DNA from: an uncultured Gammaproteobacteria bacterium | Lineage (GTDB): Bacteria; Pseudomonadota; Gammaproteobacteria; UBA9214 | DNA length: 64,000 nt | Assembly: GCA_963748215.1 (NCBI GenBank) | Contig: CAVVHS010000002.1 | Span: 160,001-224,000 of the forward strand | Reading direction: 5' to 3' | Part shown: piece after piece, positions 19,688 to 30,254 of the stretch | How positions within the stretch are numbered: position 1 is the stretch's first letter | Layout of the letters: every line of letters begins with the position of its first letter | The notes under the pieces: model-generated | The model's input: only the letters and a program-made list of their open reading frames with translations | The model's database searches: none | Told to the model about the DNA's origin: nothing | Position numbers and translations under genes: made by a program

Positions 19688-20079
19688 GATGACCTGTTGA
19701 AGGGGGACAGGCCATTTTCATCGTAATCGAAATCAGGAATCTGTCCTATCTGTAACAGAAGGTGATTGCCGGGCATGAGTCTTTCCACACGAATGGTCAT
19801 GGCACAACGCATGATTACTCTGGATGAAGAATCTTATCCCGTGATTCTAATGTCAACTATCAGGTAGATAGCTACCGTTTTACAATCACTGCAGACACTT
19901 CAGGAATCAGGGCATTCACCAAGGCAATTGAGGGCTGATATGTATGTGTCCCTGACCTCGTTACCGGCTACCGGAGGGGTCTTCGACAGTGGGGCATGGG
20001 TGCGGTTTTGAAAATTTCGGTGGCAATGCGTGCACACATGTACCACCGAATTTCATATTGACTGGGATTTGGTGGAAAC

Positions 20080-20526
20080 CTACCTCACTTCCCCTTCAAG
20101 CTGCCTGATGCGATCTTTCAATTGCTCGATTTCAGAATTGCTGGAGCCGCCTCCCGGTACAACGATTGCAGACGTGGCGCCATAGCCGGGATAGCCGCCG
20201 TAGCCATAACCGGGGCCGCCATAGCCGCCGTAACCGCCGTAGCCGGGATAACCGCCGTAGCCGTAGCCGGGAAAGCCGCCGTAGCCATAGCCGGGATAGC
20301 CGCCGTAGCCATAGCCGGGGCCGCCATAGCCGGGATAGCCGCCGTAGCCATAGCCGGGGCCGCCATAGTCATAGTCATAGTCATCGTAACGATCGCTATC
20401 ATTGTTGCCGCCCATCCACTTCGACGGGTTCATCATATTGCCCATGTCGAATGCGTAGGTTGTATTGGCAAGCAATAAGCCGATAGCCATCAGCGTCACT
20501 CCGGGTGCTATATTCTTGTATTGCAT
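20080..20526 (-). CDS. Secreted Gly/Tyr/Pro-rich repeat protein, sulfur globule protein-like
   Basis: GGAGG SD, signal peptide ending TYA, tandem GGYPGYG/GGPGYGY repeats, short C-terminal coiled coil. Confidence 0.7.
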   Translation of the reverse strand: MQYKNIAPGVTLMAIGLLLANTTYAFDMGNMMNPSKWMGGNNDSDRYDDYDYDYGGPGYGYGGYPGYGGPGYGYGGYPGYGYGGFPGYGYGGYPGYGGYGGYGGPGYGYGGYPGYGATSAIVVPGGGSSNSEIEQLKDRIRQLEGEVR

Positions 20527-20806
20527 TGTTTCTGTTCCTCCGATTATTGAAAGTAATCATCTTCAGGCAAACGCTGCACTATTCTGTCTTTCGAGACCCT
20601 TATCCCATTAGCCGATCATGACGTCAAATAAAAGTGCCGCCATAGGTGCCCCGTCGTGCTGTTGCAGCGATCATCTGCAGAAAGATGCGGTTTGGCGAAT
20701 GGCGGATTTGGCTCGGCCCTCACCCTTTAGCATATCTCTGATATTATGTCGCTTTCTTCCCTGCCATCTCAATCAGCCCCAGCAGGCCGGGGCCGAAAGT
20801 ACACCT

Positions 20807-21142
20807 CTACCTAATCAATGGCTGATCAGAAACACGGTACTGTTTAAATGCGTCGACACCCGTACAGCGGATGCTTTTATCTGTGTCACGGTCCCATCGA
20901 CTGCGAATCGGTCGCGGACTGATGCGATCGGCGAAGCGTGAAGCGACCCCACCGGACCAGACGACTCCATTTCGACGACATTTGGAACCCGGTGCTTGTG
21001 GCACTTCATATCGGGAATGGGTGTCGCGGGACATGGTATTACCTGAATTGCTGGCATATGCACCGTCACTGATAACACCGAGAATTACAGAGCAGACTAA
21101 CGTGGAGAAAAGAAAAGCAAGATCATTATTATTGTTCATCAC
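20807..21142 (-). CDS. Hypothetical exported protein
   Basis: GGAGG SD upstream; hydrophobic N-terminus ending AYA; remainder unrecognised. Confidence 0.35.
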   Translation of the reverse strand: MMNNNNDLAFLFSTLVCSVILGVISDGAYASNSGNTMSRDTHSRYEVPQAPGSKCRRNGVVWSGGVASRFADRISPRPIRSRWDRDTDKSIRCTGVDAFKQYRVSDQPLIR

Positions 21143-21414
21143 TACCTCCGGTACCGGTAACCTGTCGTTGTTATGTTCTTTCTGGTTAATTCAAGATTAA
21201 CAGTAGAAAATTCAGCTGGCCACTGTTCCAGGCGAATTGAATGGTCTGACTAATACTTTAGAATCACGATAGACAGTCATTTTCGAAAACATCTTAGGGA
21301 CGCAAGACTGGCAGCACGACACATTCTCCCCGCATCCGAGCGGCCGAGGCCATAGTCCGGTACAGATCTGCGATCTGGCCGTGACGAGACCCGGGAATGT
21401 CGTTGTTGGATCCG

Positions 21415-21547
21415 GGCTGTGTGAAAACCTGACTGCTGGATGCCTCGAAAAATACTGGCTCCACCAGAGGTTTATAGCGCTGCGGTCAACATGTGAGGAG
21501 TGGTTTGGAACCGCCGGATTAGGGCTGGTTTTGAGTTTTACACAGTC
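21415..21547. mobile_element. MITE-like element or internally deleted IS (IS1182-like ends)
   Basis: GGCTGTGTGAAAAC ... GTTTTACACAGTC imperfect terminal inverted repeats around ~105 bp of non-coding DNA. Confidence 0.5.
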
Positions 21548-21598
21548 GGGGTCAGCCACCCGGCAAGATCACCCGGGTATTTTCCCTGCTACTTCCGG

Positions 21599-22799
21599 TG
21601 ACCGTACCCCCGTAATCCGAGCCATGCGTGATGTGGGATTTCCCTATAATTTTGACCCAGGGAGGTCCCGATATGAAGCGCAAACGCTATACCGAAGAAC
21701 AGATCATTTCGATCCTGAAGGAGCACGAGGCCGGCGCCTCCGTGCCTGAGCTGTCCCGCCGCCATGGCGTGGCGGAGAACACGATCTACCGCTGGAAGTC
21801 GAAGTTCGGCGGCATGGAGATCTCCGAGGCCAAACGGCTGCGTGAACTCGAAGCAGGAGAACGCGAAGCTGAAGCGGCTGCTGGCCGAGGCGGAGCTCGA
21901 CAAGGCCGCACTCAAGGAGCTGGTCGAGGGAAAATGGTGACGGCCGCGCAGCGGCGACGGGCCGTGGATCACCTCAAGAGTCGCCGCGTCAGCGAACGTC
22001 GTGCCTGTCGGCTGACGGGCTTCAGCCGTTCGGCCGCCTGGTATCCGCTCAAGGGGCGCGATGATGCTGCGCTGCGGGCGCGTCTCAGAGCGCTGGCGGA
22101 ACGCTATCCCCGCTACGGGTATCCGACACTGCATGACATGCTGCGGACCGAGGGCCTGGTACAGAACCCCAAGCGCACCTACCGGATTTACCGGGAGGAA
22201 GGGCTGCAGGTCCGCACCAAACGGCGCAAGAAGCTGAACCGTCCGCGGATACCGATGGTCGTGCCCAACCAGGTCAACGAACGCTGGTCGATGGATTTTG
22301 TCAGTGACCAGCTGGCGAACGGGCGGCGCATTCCGGGTGCTGAACGTCGTGGACGACTTCACCCGCGAGTGCGTGCTGCAGGTAGTCGACTTCTCGATCT
22401 CCGGCCAGCGCCTGGCCCGTGAACTGGACCGGCTTGCCGAGCGTCGGCCGCTACCCAAAACCATTGTCTGCGACAACGGACCGGAGTTTACCAGCAAGGC
22501 AATGTTCTTCTGGTCGAAGCACACCGGTGCAAAGCTGCATTTCATCCAGCCGGGCAAACCAACCCAGAATGCCTTTGTTGAGAGCTTCAACGGCAAGTTC
22601 CGGGAGTACTGTCTGAACCTGCACTGGTTTGCCAGCCTGGAGGATGCTCGTGCAACGATCGATGCGTGGCGAAACCATTACAACCACGTCAGGCCGCACC
22701 GTTCACTGGGCAAGAAACCGCCTGCGGTGTTCGCCAGGGAGGCGGCCTGATATGCTTAATATCCACATCCGACCCTGCTCGGGTTCCGGGGTACGGTCA
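21599..22799 (+). mobile_element. IS3-family insertion sequence (IS407-group-like), 1201 bp
   Basis: IRL TGACCGTACCCCCGTAATCCGAGC, IRR reverse complement TGACCGTACCCCGGAACCCGAGC; orfA HTH and orfB DDE (WSMDF, DNGPEF, VESFNG); no clear target duplication. Confidence 0.95.
21673..22750 (+). pseudogene. IS3 transposase orfA/orfB with two extra +1 indels (~21853, ~22332)
   Basis: The expected orfA tail ENAKLKRLLAE...EGKW* and RIRVLNVVDD are each reached only after removing one base. May be a sequencing error. Confidence 0.75.
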
Positions 22800-22943
22800 C
22801 ATGCACCTGGAATACCTAAACCTGGCTCCATGACGCAACCCTGATAAGCAGGATGAAAGGTGCCAGCCATATCGTAATAGCACGCATAAATATCAACGTA
22901 TTCGTCCCCACATAGGATTCTATAACTCACTAACATTATTCAT

Positions 22944-22968
22944 AAAAAAAGGCGGCACCTGGGCCGCC
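22944..22968 (-). terminator. Intrinsic terminator-like hairpin
   Basis: GGCGGCCCAGGTGCCGCC followed by T7 on the minus strand. Confidence 0.65.
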
Positions 22969-23163
22969 ATTCGTGATTGCGCTAAAGTTATCCGCTCATA
23001 CACCGCGCGCGTAAATGATATTTATCAAAATAATTTTCATCACTAAGCCTAAATGTCTTGGTTGGGTTTAAGCCATCCGGCTGGAATGTCTGTAATTACC
23101 CCCACCAGGGTCTCATAAATGTATTGCAAAAACAGAAGATGGATTTAGGCTGCATATACGAAA

Positions 23164-23580
23164 ATGTATGATATATATAGTCCAAACTTGAGAAGATTCT
23201 TTCCGATCGTTATGCAGAAATACGTACTTTTAGCAATCCTAACAATTGCTACGTTATGTGTAGTCAAGCTGGCTTGTGCAGATTATGGGCCTAGAGTTCA
23301 TTTGTTAGAACTTGATATAGGCAATAACAGATATTTGGTATTTCCTGGCATTACTCGATTATCTGAAGGTAATTACATCAGGTTCTGTCACATAGGACAT
23401 CAAATTACGCCATATGTACTAATTGATACCAAAGAGCAAGAATATTTAGCTGATATAAAAATAACCGAAGGCAAAAGCAATTTACATGGAATGATTGCAA
23501 TTCCTGAGTCTGTTAATTATCGGGATATACTAGGGTTAAGGATAAATGGGCATCATTTTGAATGGCAGCCAGATAATTAA
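23164..23580 (+). CDS. AT-rich hypothetical exported protein
   Basis: Open frame in low-GC DNA with a hydrophobic leader. Start may be at MQKY (23212). Confidence 0.6.
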   Translation: MYDIYSPNLRRFFPIVMQKYVLLAILTIATLCVVKLACADYGPRVHLLELDIGNNRYLVFPGITRLSEGNYIRFCHIGHQITPYVLIDTKEQEYLADIKITEGKSNLHGMIAIPESVNYRDILGLRINGHHFEWQPDN

Positions 23581-23854
23581 AATAGCTTTATTTGTAATCA
23601 TTATTACCCTATCTGGATGTGGCGGATTATTCCCGGATTGTAATGTTGATTGCTCCGCAGAAATGAATGAAGTTGTATTAACTCGGGGGCAGCCCGATGA
23701 AATTGAAGTAGTCGCTGATTTTGATAACTTACACATAATCACATATTGGTATTATTGTGATGGTATTGCATATACTTTTACCTGGGGTGGGGGTATATCA
23801 TCATGTTCTGAGCAGTGTTCTGTCGAAACGCATACATTTACACCCATTTGTTAA
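23546..23854 (+). CDS. Cys-rich lipoprotein with possible BamE/SmpA-like fold
   Basis: Lipobox LSGC; EVVLTRGQPDEIE...TYWYY pattern; six further Cys residues. Confidence 0.65.
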   Translation: MGIILNGSQIIKIALFVIIITLSGCGGLFPDCNVDCSAEMNEVVLTRGQPDEIEVVADFDNLHIITYWYYCDGIAYTFTWGGGISSCSEQCSVETHTFTPIC

Positions 23855-23960
23855 TTCAGCAATCCTGTAAGCCAGGTTCTAGCTAGTAGCAGGATTTGCA
23901 AAATCAGTTCGCAAGCCTCCTCGTCAAGTTTCCGTTTGTAATCCAGAGTATTCTTGGTCT

Positions 23961-24195
23961 TGGGTTGCATTAGTTGACAGTGATAAACCATCCGGTGAGC
24001 CGTAGGGTGGTGGCTAATTTCAATGGGTGCACCACTTGTCAACGAACTGAATAACCTGGACCAGGTGACGGGTGATAGTAAGAGAACCAGGACTTCGTTT
24101 CTCGAGCATCGATGGTACGCTCGTCTCGCCATTGAACACTCCTTTCGGGGCATCGTAAGCCCCTTCTGAGTGTCCGTTAAACTGGGGTAAGTTCA
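23961..24195 (-). mobile_element. Cluster of IS end remnants including an IS3-type left end with a truncated orfA start
   Basis: TGAACTTACCCCAGTTTAACGGACAC (24195-24170), AAGGAG SD and ATG at 24132 (MARRAYHR..); a second TG-initiated end-like motif at 24034-24009. Confidence 0.55.
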
Positions 24196-24352
24196 TCTGC
24201 CGCCGATTAGCGTTCTCGAATAGTAGCGCCGCTAAACGTCCGACTAGAGTAACCCGTCACTGGCACTCCCTGATACCGATGCAGAATTTACCGGTCGAGC
24301 CCGGCGTTGATGACCTGAAGTCCTCCACACGATCAAGGACATGCGCTGCAAG

Positions 24353-24895
24353 TTACGGCCGGTTGGCATACTCCCGGTCGAAGATCGCCTCCAGCGGCGC
24401 GTGCACGCCGCGCAGTCGGTCGATCACGCGCTTCGCCCAGTCGAAATACTCGCGCCGCCGGTGCAGGTCCCAGCCTGCCGGTGGCGCGTGTGTCACATCA
24501 CGCAGGTTGCTGATCTTGTCGGCCAGCTTCACCAGTTTCGACTCATTGCGAATGTGCGCCGCGTGCTCGACCTGCTGTTCCTTGCGTTCGGCCTTTAGCA
24601 GCGTCTTGTCGTCGGTGACGTCCATGACGATGCCGGCAATCGCTGCGCCGAATTCCCTGACCAGCTCTGCTTCTGTCGTCTCGGTATCCTCCACCGTATC
24701 GTGCAACAGTGCACCGCAGATCACGTTGACATCCGTGATGTGTGCCTCGTTGCAGAGGATGTCGGCGAGCGAAATCGGGTGATTGATATAGGGCGAGGCC
24801 TCGACGTCCTTGCGACGCTGACCGCGGTGCTTGTGCGCGGCGAATGCCAGCGCCTTTAACAGCAGTTTCAAATCACCTTCTGCAATTGTCATCAT
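24353..24895 (-). CDS. Stand-alone HD-domain (p)ppGpp hydrolase-like protein (Mesh1/SAH type)
   Basis: H..QRRK...PYINHP, LLHDTVEDT, VTDDK and VKLADKISN motifs; no synthetase domain. Confidence 0.88.
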   Translation of the reverse strand: MMTIAEGDLKLLLKALAFAAHKHRGQRRKDVEASPYINHPISLADILCNEAHITDVNVICGALLHDTVEDTETTEAELVREFGAAIAGIVMDVTDDKTLLKAERKEQQVEHAAHIRNESKLVKLADKISNLRDVTHAPPAGWDLHRRREYFDWAKRVIDRLRGVHAPLEAIFDREYANRP

Positions 24896-24998
24896 GGTTC
24901 CTGCAGGAATAGAAAAACGGGATCGGCCCGGCTGACGACAGCAAACGGTAACGGGTCATGCCTCCGCGGTACGCAAACCGCGCGGTGATTTCGTCTGC

Positions 24999-27179
24999 CT
25001 ACGCCCCCACCGCTTCCAGGTTGGCATAGGCCAGCACCAGCCACTTGGTGCCGGCACCGGAGAAATTCACCTGTACGCGGGCACTGGAGCCCTTGCCCTC
25101 GCAGTTCATGATCACGCCGTCGCCGAACCTGGCGTGCCGCACGTGCTGGCCCAGATGCAGGCCACCGGCAGGGACATTCTGCAGGCCGGCCGTTGTCGGT
25201 ATCGATTGCGTCGATGTCATCCGCGGCATGCTGACGCCGGGACGCGGGCGCACCTCGTCGATGAGCTGTTTCGGGATCTCGTCGATGAAGCGCGACGGCA
25301 GGCAATAGGTTTCCGAACCGAACACGCGGCGACGCTCGGCACAGGTAATCACCAGTTGTCTGCGCGCGCGCGTGATACCGACATAACACAGGCGGCGTTC
25401 CTCCTCGAGCCGTCCCGGCTCCTCGACCGAGCGCTGGTGCGGGAACAGGCCCTCCTCCAGGCCGCACAGGAATACCAGTGGAAACTCCAGTCCCTTGGCC
25501 GAGTGCAGCGTCATCAGCTGCACGCAATCCTCCCAGGCATCGCCCTGGCCTTCGCCGGCCTCGAGCGCGGCATGCGAGAGAAACTCGGACAGCGGGTCCA
25601 TGTCGCTGTCGGGATCGGCTTCGAACTCACGCGCGGCATTGACCAGTTCCTGCAGGTTCTCGAGGCGCGCGTCGCCCTTCTCGCCCTTCTCCCTGGCGAA
25701 GTGATCGACCAGCCCGCTCGGGTGCATGACGTGCTCGACCTGTTCGCCAAGCGAGAGCCTGTTGATATCCGAGGCCAGTTCGTCCACCAGCTTCAGGAAC
25801 CCGACCACCGCATTCGCGGCACGTGCCGACAGCAGTTTCTCGTTAACCACGGTCACGGCGGCCTGCCACAGCGAGGTATTGTAGTTCCTGGCGTGCAGAC
25901 GCACCGCATCCATGGTGCGCCCGCCGATGCCGCGCGGTGGATGATTTACCACGCGCTCGAACGAGGCGTCGTCATCGCGGTTGGCCGACAGGCGCAGGTA
26001 GGCCAGCGCGTCCTTGATCTCGGCGCGTTCGAAGAAGCGCAGGCCACCGTACACGCGATAGGGCACGCCGCATTGCATCAGGCGTTCCTCGAACACGCGT
26101 GACTGGGCATTGGACCGGTACAGGATGGCGACGTCGCTGCGCGCATTGCCCTTGTCGACGTGGTCCTCGATGCGATCCACCACGAATCGCGCCTCGTCCT
26201 GTTCGTTGTAGGCGGTGTACAGCTGGATCCGCTCGCCGTCGTTGCCGTCGGTCCACAGCTGCTTGCCCATGCGCGCGGTATTGTTGTCGATCACGGCATT
26301 CGCGGCCTTGAGGATGTTCGCGGTGGAACGGTAGTTCTGTTCCAGCCGCACCACGCGTGTGTTCCTGAAATCCTTCTGGAAGCGCAGGATGTTTTCCACG
26401 CGCGCGCCGCGCCAGCCGTAGATCGACTGGTCGTCATCGCCGACCACCGTGATGCGCGCGGCGTCGCCGGCCAGCATGCGCAACCAGGCGTACTGGATGG
26501 CGTTGGTGTCCTGGAACTCGTCGACCAGGATATGATGAAAGCGCTGGCGGTAATGATCCAGCAGCGCGGGATACTTCAGCCACAGTTCGTGCGAACGCAG
26601 CAGCAGTTCGGCGAAATCGATCAGCCCGGAGCGCTGGCACAGATCCTCGTAGGCCTGGTAGATGTCCAGCTGGCGTTTCAGGTACGGGTCGTTGCGGTGT
26701 TCGATGTGCTGCGGCCGCCGGCCCTCGTCCTTGCAGCCGTTGATGAACCACTGCATCTGCCGCGGCGGCCACCTGGCCTCGTCGAGGTCCAGGGACTTGA
26801 GGATGCGCTTGATCAGGCGCAGCTGGTCCTGTGAGTCGAGGATCTGGAAACCCTGCGGCAGCCCGGCCTCCTGCCAGTGGCTGCGCAGCAGGCGGTGCGC
26901 AAGGCCGTGAAAGGTGCCGACCCACATGCCGCTGGCCGGCGCCTGGATCATCTGCTCGATGCGGCTGCGCATTTCGCCGGCCGCCTTGTTGGTGAAGGTC
27001 ACCGCCAGGATGGAGTACGGCGACAGCCCTTCCACGTCGATCAGCCAGGCGATGCGGTGCACCAGCACGCGCGTCTTGCCGCTGCCGGCGCCGGCCAGTA
27101 CCAGCAGTGGGTCCTGTGCCGCGCAGACCGCCTCGCGCTGGGCGTCATTGAGCGATTCGATAATCCGGGAGACATCCAT
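24999..27179 (-). CDS. uvrD: DNA helicase II
   Basis: AGAGSGKT, TFTNKAA, DEFQD, GDDDQSIY, QNYRS, TLHSAKGLEF and EERRLCYVGITRA motifs. Confidence 0.97.
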   Translation of the reverse strand: MDVSRIIESLNDAQREAVCAAQDPLLVLAGAGSGKTRVLVHRIAWLIDVEGLSPYSILAVTFTNKAAGEMRSRIEQMIQAPASGMWVGTFHGLAHRLLRSHWQEAGLPQGFQILDSQDQLRLIKRILKSLDLDEARWPPRQMQWFINGCKDEGRRPQHIEHRNDPYLKRQLDIYQAYEDLCQRSGLIDFAELLLRSHELWLKYPALLDHYRQRFHHILVDEFQDTNAIQYAWLRMLAGDAARITVVGDDDQSIYGWRGARVENILRFQKDFRNTRVVRLEQNYRSTANILKAANAVIDNNTARMGKQLWTDGNDGERIQLYTAYNEQDEARFVVDRIEDHVDKGNARSDVAILYRSNAQSRVFEERLMQCGVPYRVYGGLRFFERAEIKDALAYLRLSANRDDDASFERVVNHPPRGIGGRTMDAVRLHARNYNTSLWQAAVTVVNEKLLSARAANAVVGFLKLVDELASDINRLSLGEQVEHVMHPSGLVDHFAREKGEKGDARLENLQELVNAAREFEADPDSDMDPLSEFLSHAALEAGEGQGDAWEDCVQLMTLHSAKGLEFPLVFLCGLEEGLFPHQRSVEEPGRLEEERRLCYVGITRARRQLVITCAERRRVFGSETYCLPSRFIDEIPKQLIDEVRPRPGVSMPRMTSTQSIPTTAGLQNVPAGGLHLGQHVRHARFGDGVIMNCEGKGSSARVQVNFSGAGTKWLVLAYANLEAVGA

Positions 27180-27440
27180 GGCGGGACATTCTAGCAATAC
27201 AGGGGGTGCGTTTCAGGCCAACCGGCCGGCGGTTTTCGGCCAGGCGTGTATAAACCACGCAACATCCTGTAAACTGTCAAATAAGTAACCGCCAATAATG
27301 ACAAAACGACGGCTACAATGACCGGCACCACACGACGGATTTCCGGCCGCCATGCAGGTATGACACGACTGCAGTGACGATCCGGAAGCAGGGCGCTGTT
27401 CCGCACCACGGACAGCGACTGGGAACTCAGGCCGGTTGAG

Positions 27441-27887
27441 GTGTTTATGGGTATATTTCTGATAGTGCTTGCGATCCTGCTCGCGGTTGCCGGCGCGGTC
27501 TGGCTAACGTATTACAAGCAGCCGGCAACTGCCCGGCACAAGCGCCGGCCACCGGCTTCCAGCGCCCCCGCCCGCCCAGGCGGCATCGACAAGCTGCAAG
27601 GCAATGATCTGTTCTGGGGCGTGGAGCTGACGCAGGCCGGTTGCGAGTCTGCGCATATCATGCTGGGCAAGCAGTTCACCTTCGACGCGGCGCCGGAACT
27701 GCCGCTCCAGGGTTGCAGCTCGGTCGCCTGCACCTGCCAGTTCCGCGGCCTGAAGGAGCGGCGCTCCAGGAGCCGGCGTTCGCACCCTGACCGCCGCGAG
27801 CTGCTGCGCTACGACGTGGAGAAGCCCGACCGCCGCTCGCGCGCCAGCCGACGGCGTGCCGACAAGTGGGCTAACCACACCTACTGA
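27441..27887 (+). CDS. Membrane-anchored hypothetical protein with 4-Cys cluster and Arg-rich tail
   Basis: N-terminal TM, GC...APELPLQGCSSVACTC and ERR/DRR repeats. Confidence 0.75.
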   Translation: MFMGIFLIVLAILLAVAGAVWLTYYKQPATARHKRRPPASSAPARPGGIDKLQGNDLFWGVELTQAGCESAHIMLGKQFTFDAAPELPLQGCSSVACTCQFRGLKERRSRSRRSHPDRRELLRYDVEKPDRRSRASRRRADKWANHTY

Positions 27888-27900
27888 GCCGTGGCCGCGA

Positions 27901-28164
27901 TCAGGCGACGTCGGACAGTAACTTTCTGTTTTTTGGCGAGTTAAGGTTGACCGTCTTGGGCTTCGAACCCCTCAGGTAGGCTTCCAGCGTTACCGTCGGG
28001 ATCTGCGCCAGGTCGACCAGCGGGTGCATGGTGCATTTTTCGCAGGCAATCAGCTTCGGCGGCGCACCGGCCGGGGCCTTGCCGACAGGGCGTTCACGCA
28101 GGTTCTTGCAGGTGGTCACGCTCAGATAGGCTTTCTGGGGAATGCAGTAAAACATTGAATCCAT
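27901..28164 (-). CDS. Small basic hypothetical protein with four Cys (possible Zn-binding)
   Basis: AAGGAG SD; FYC-x11-C...CEKC pattern. A TTG start at 28170 is also possible. Confidence 0.65.
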   Translation of the reverse strand: MDSMFYCIPQKAYLSVTTCKNLRERPVGKAPAGAPPKLIACEKCTMHPLVDLAQIPTVTLEAYLRGSKPKTVNLNSPKNRKLLSDVA

Positions 28165-28314
28165 ATCCAAAACTAAACTCCTTTGGTCCGCGGCAACGCG
28201 GGTATTCGACCCTGATAAAGCGTCAAATAATACCACATTCGGCATGCGAGTGCACACCAGCGCAAGATATATCAATAACTTGGCGTTTACAGGGTAATGC
28301 GGGCAACCGGGTGA

Positions 28315-30150
<1,836 letters not shown>

Positions 30151-30254
30151 AAAACCCTACCTTCCCCAAGCGGGGCTACGCCCCGCGTCAAATCGTCCGT
30201 TACCCGTTACCCGCCGTGTACAACCGCCACTGTTCCACATTTCGCGTATCACGC

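Noticed and set aside
22800-22936. Small Cys/Tyr-rich peptide gene interrupted by the IS3
   Set aside because: It starts immediately after a terminator with no SD, and the missing target duplication makes rejoining across the IS unreliable.
23855-23910. Integron attC site after the AT-rich genes
   Set aside because: An imperfect hairpin exists but lacks RYYYAAC/GTTRRRY ends, and no integrase is present.
27180-27300. LexA box upstream of uvrD
   Set aside because: No CTGT-N8-ACAG match found by eye.
28260-28314. Tn7-like element at attTn7 (a TGT begins 24 nt after the glmS stop)
   Set aside because: No repeated TnsB-binding sites, no matching far end with a 5-bp duplication found, and no tns genes.
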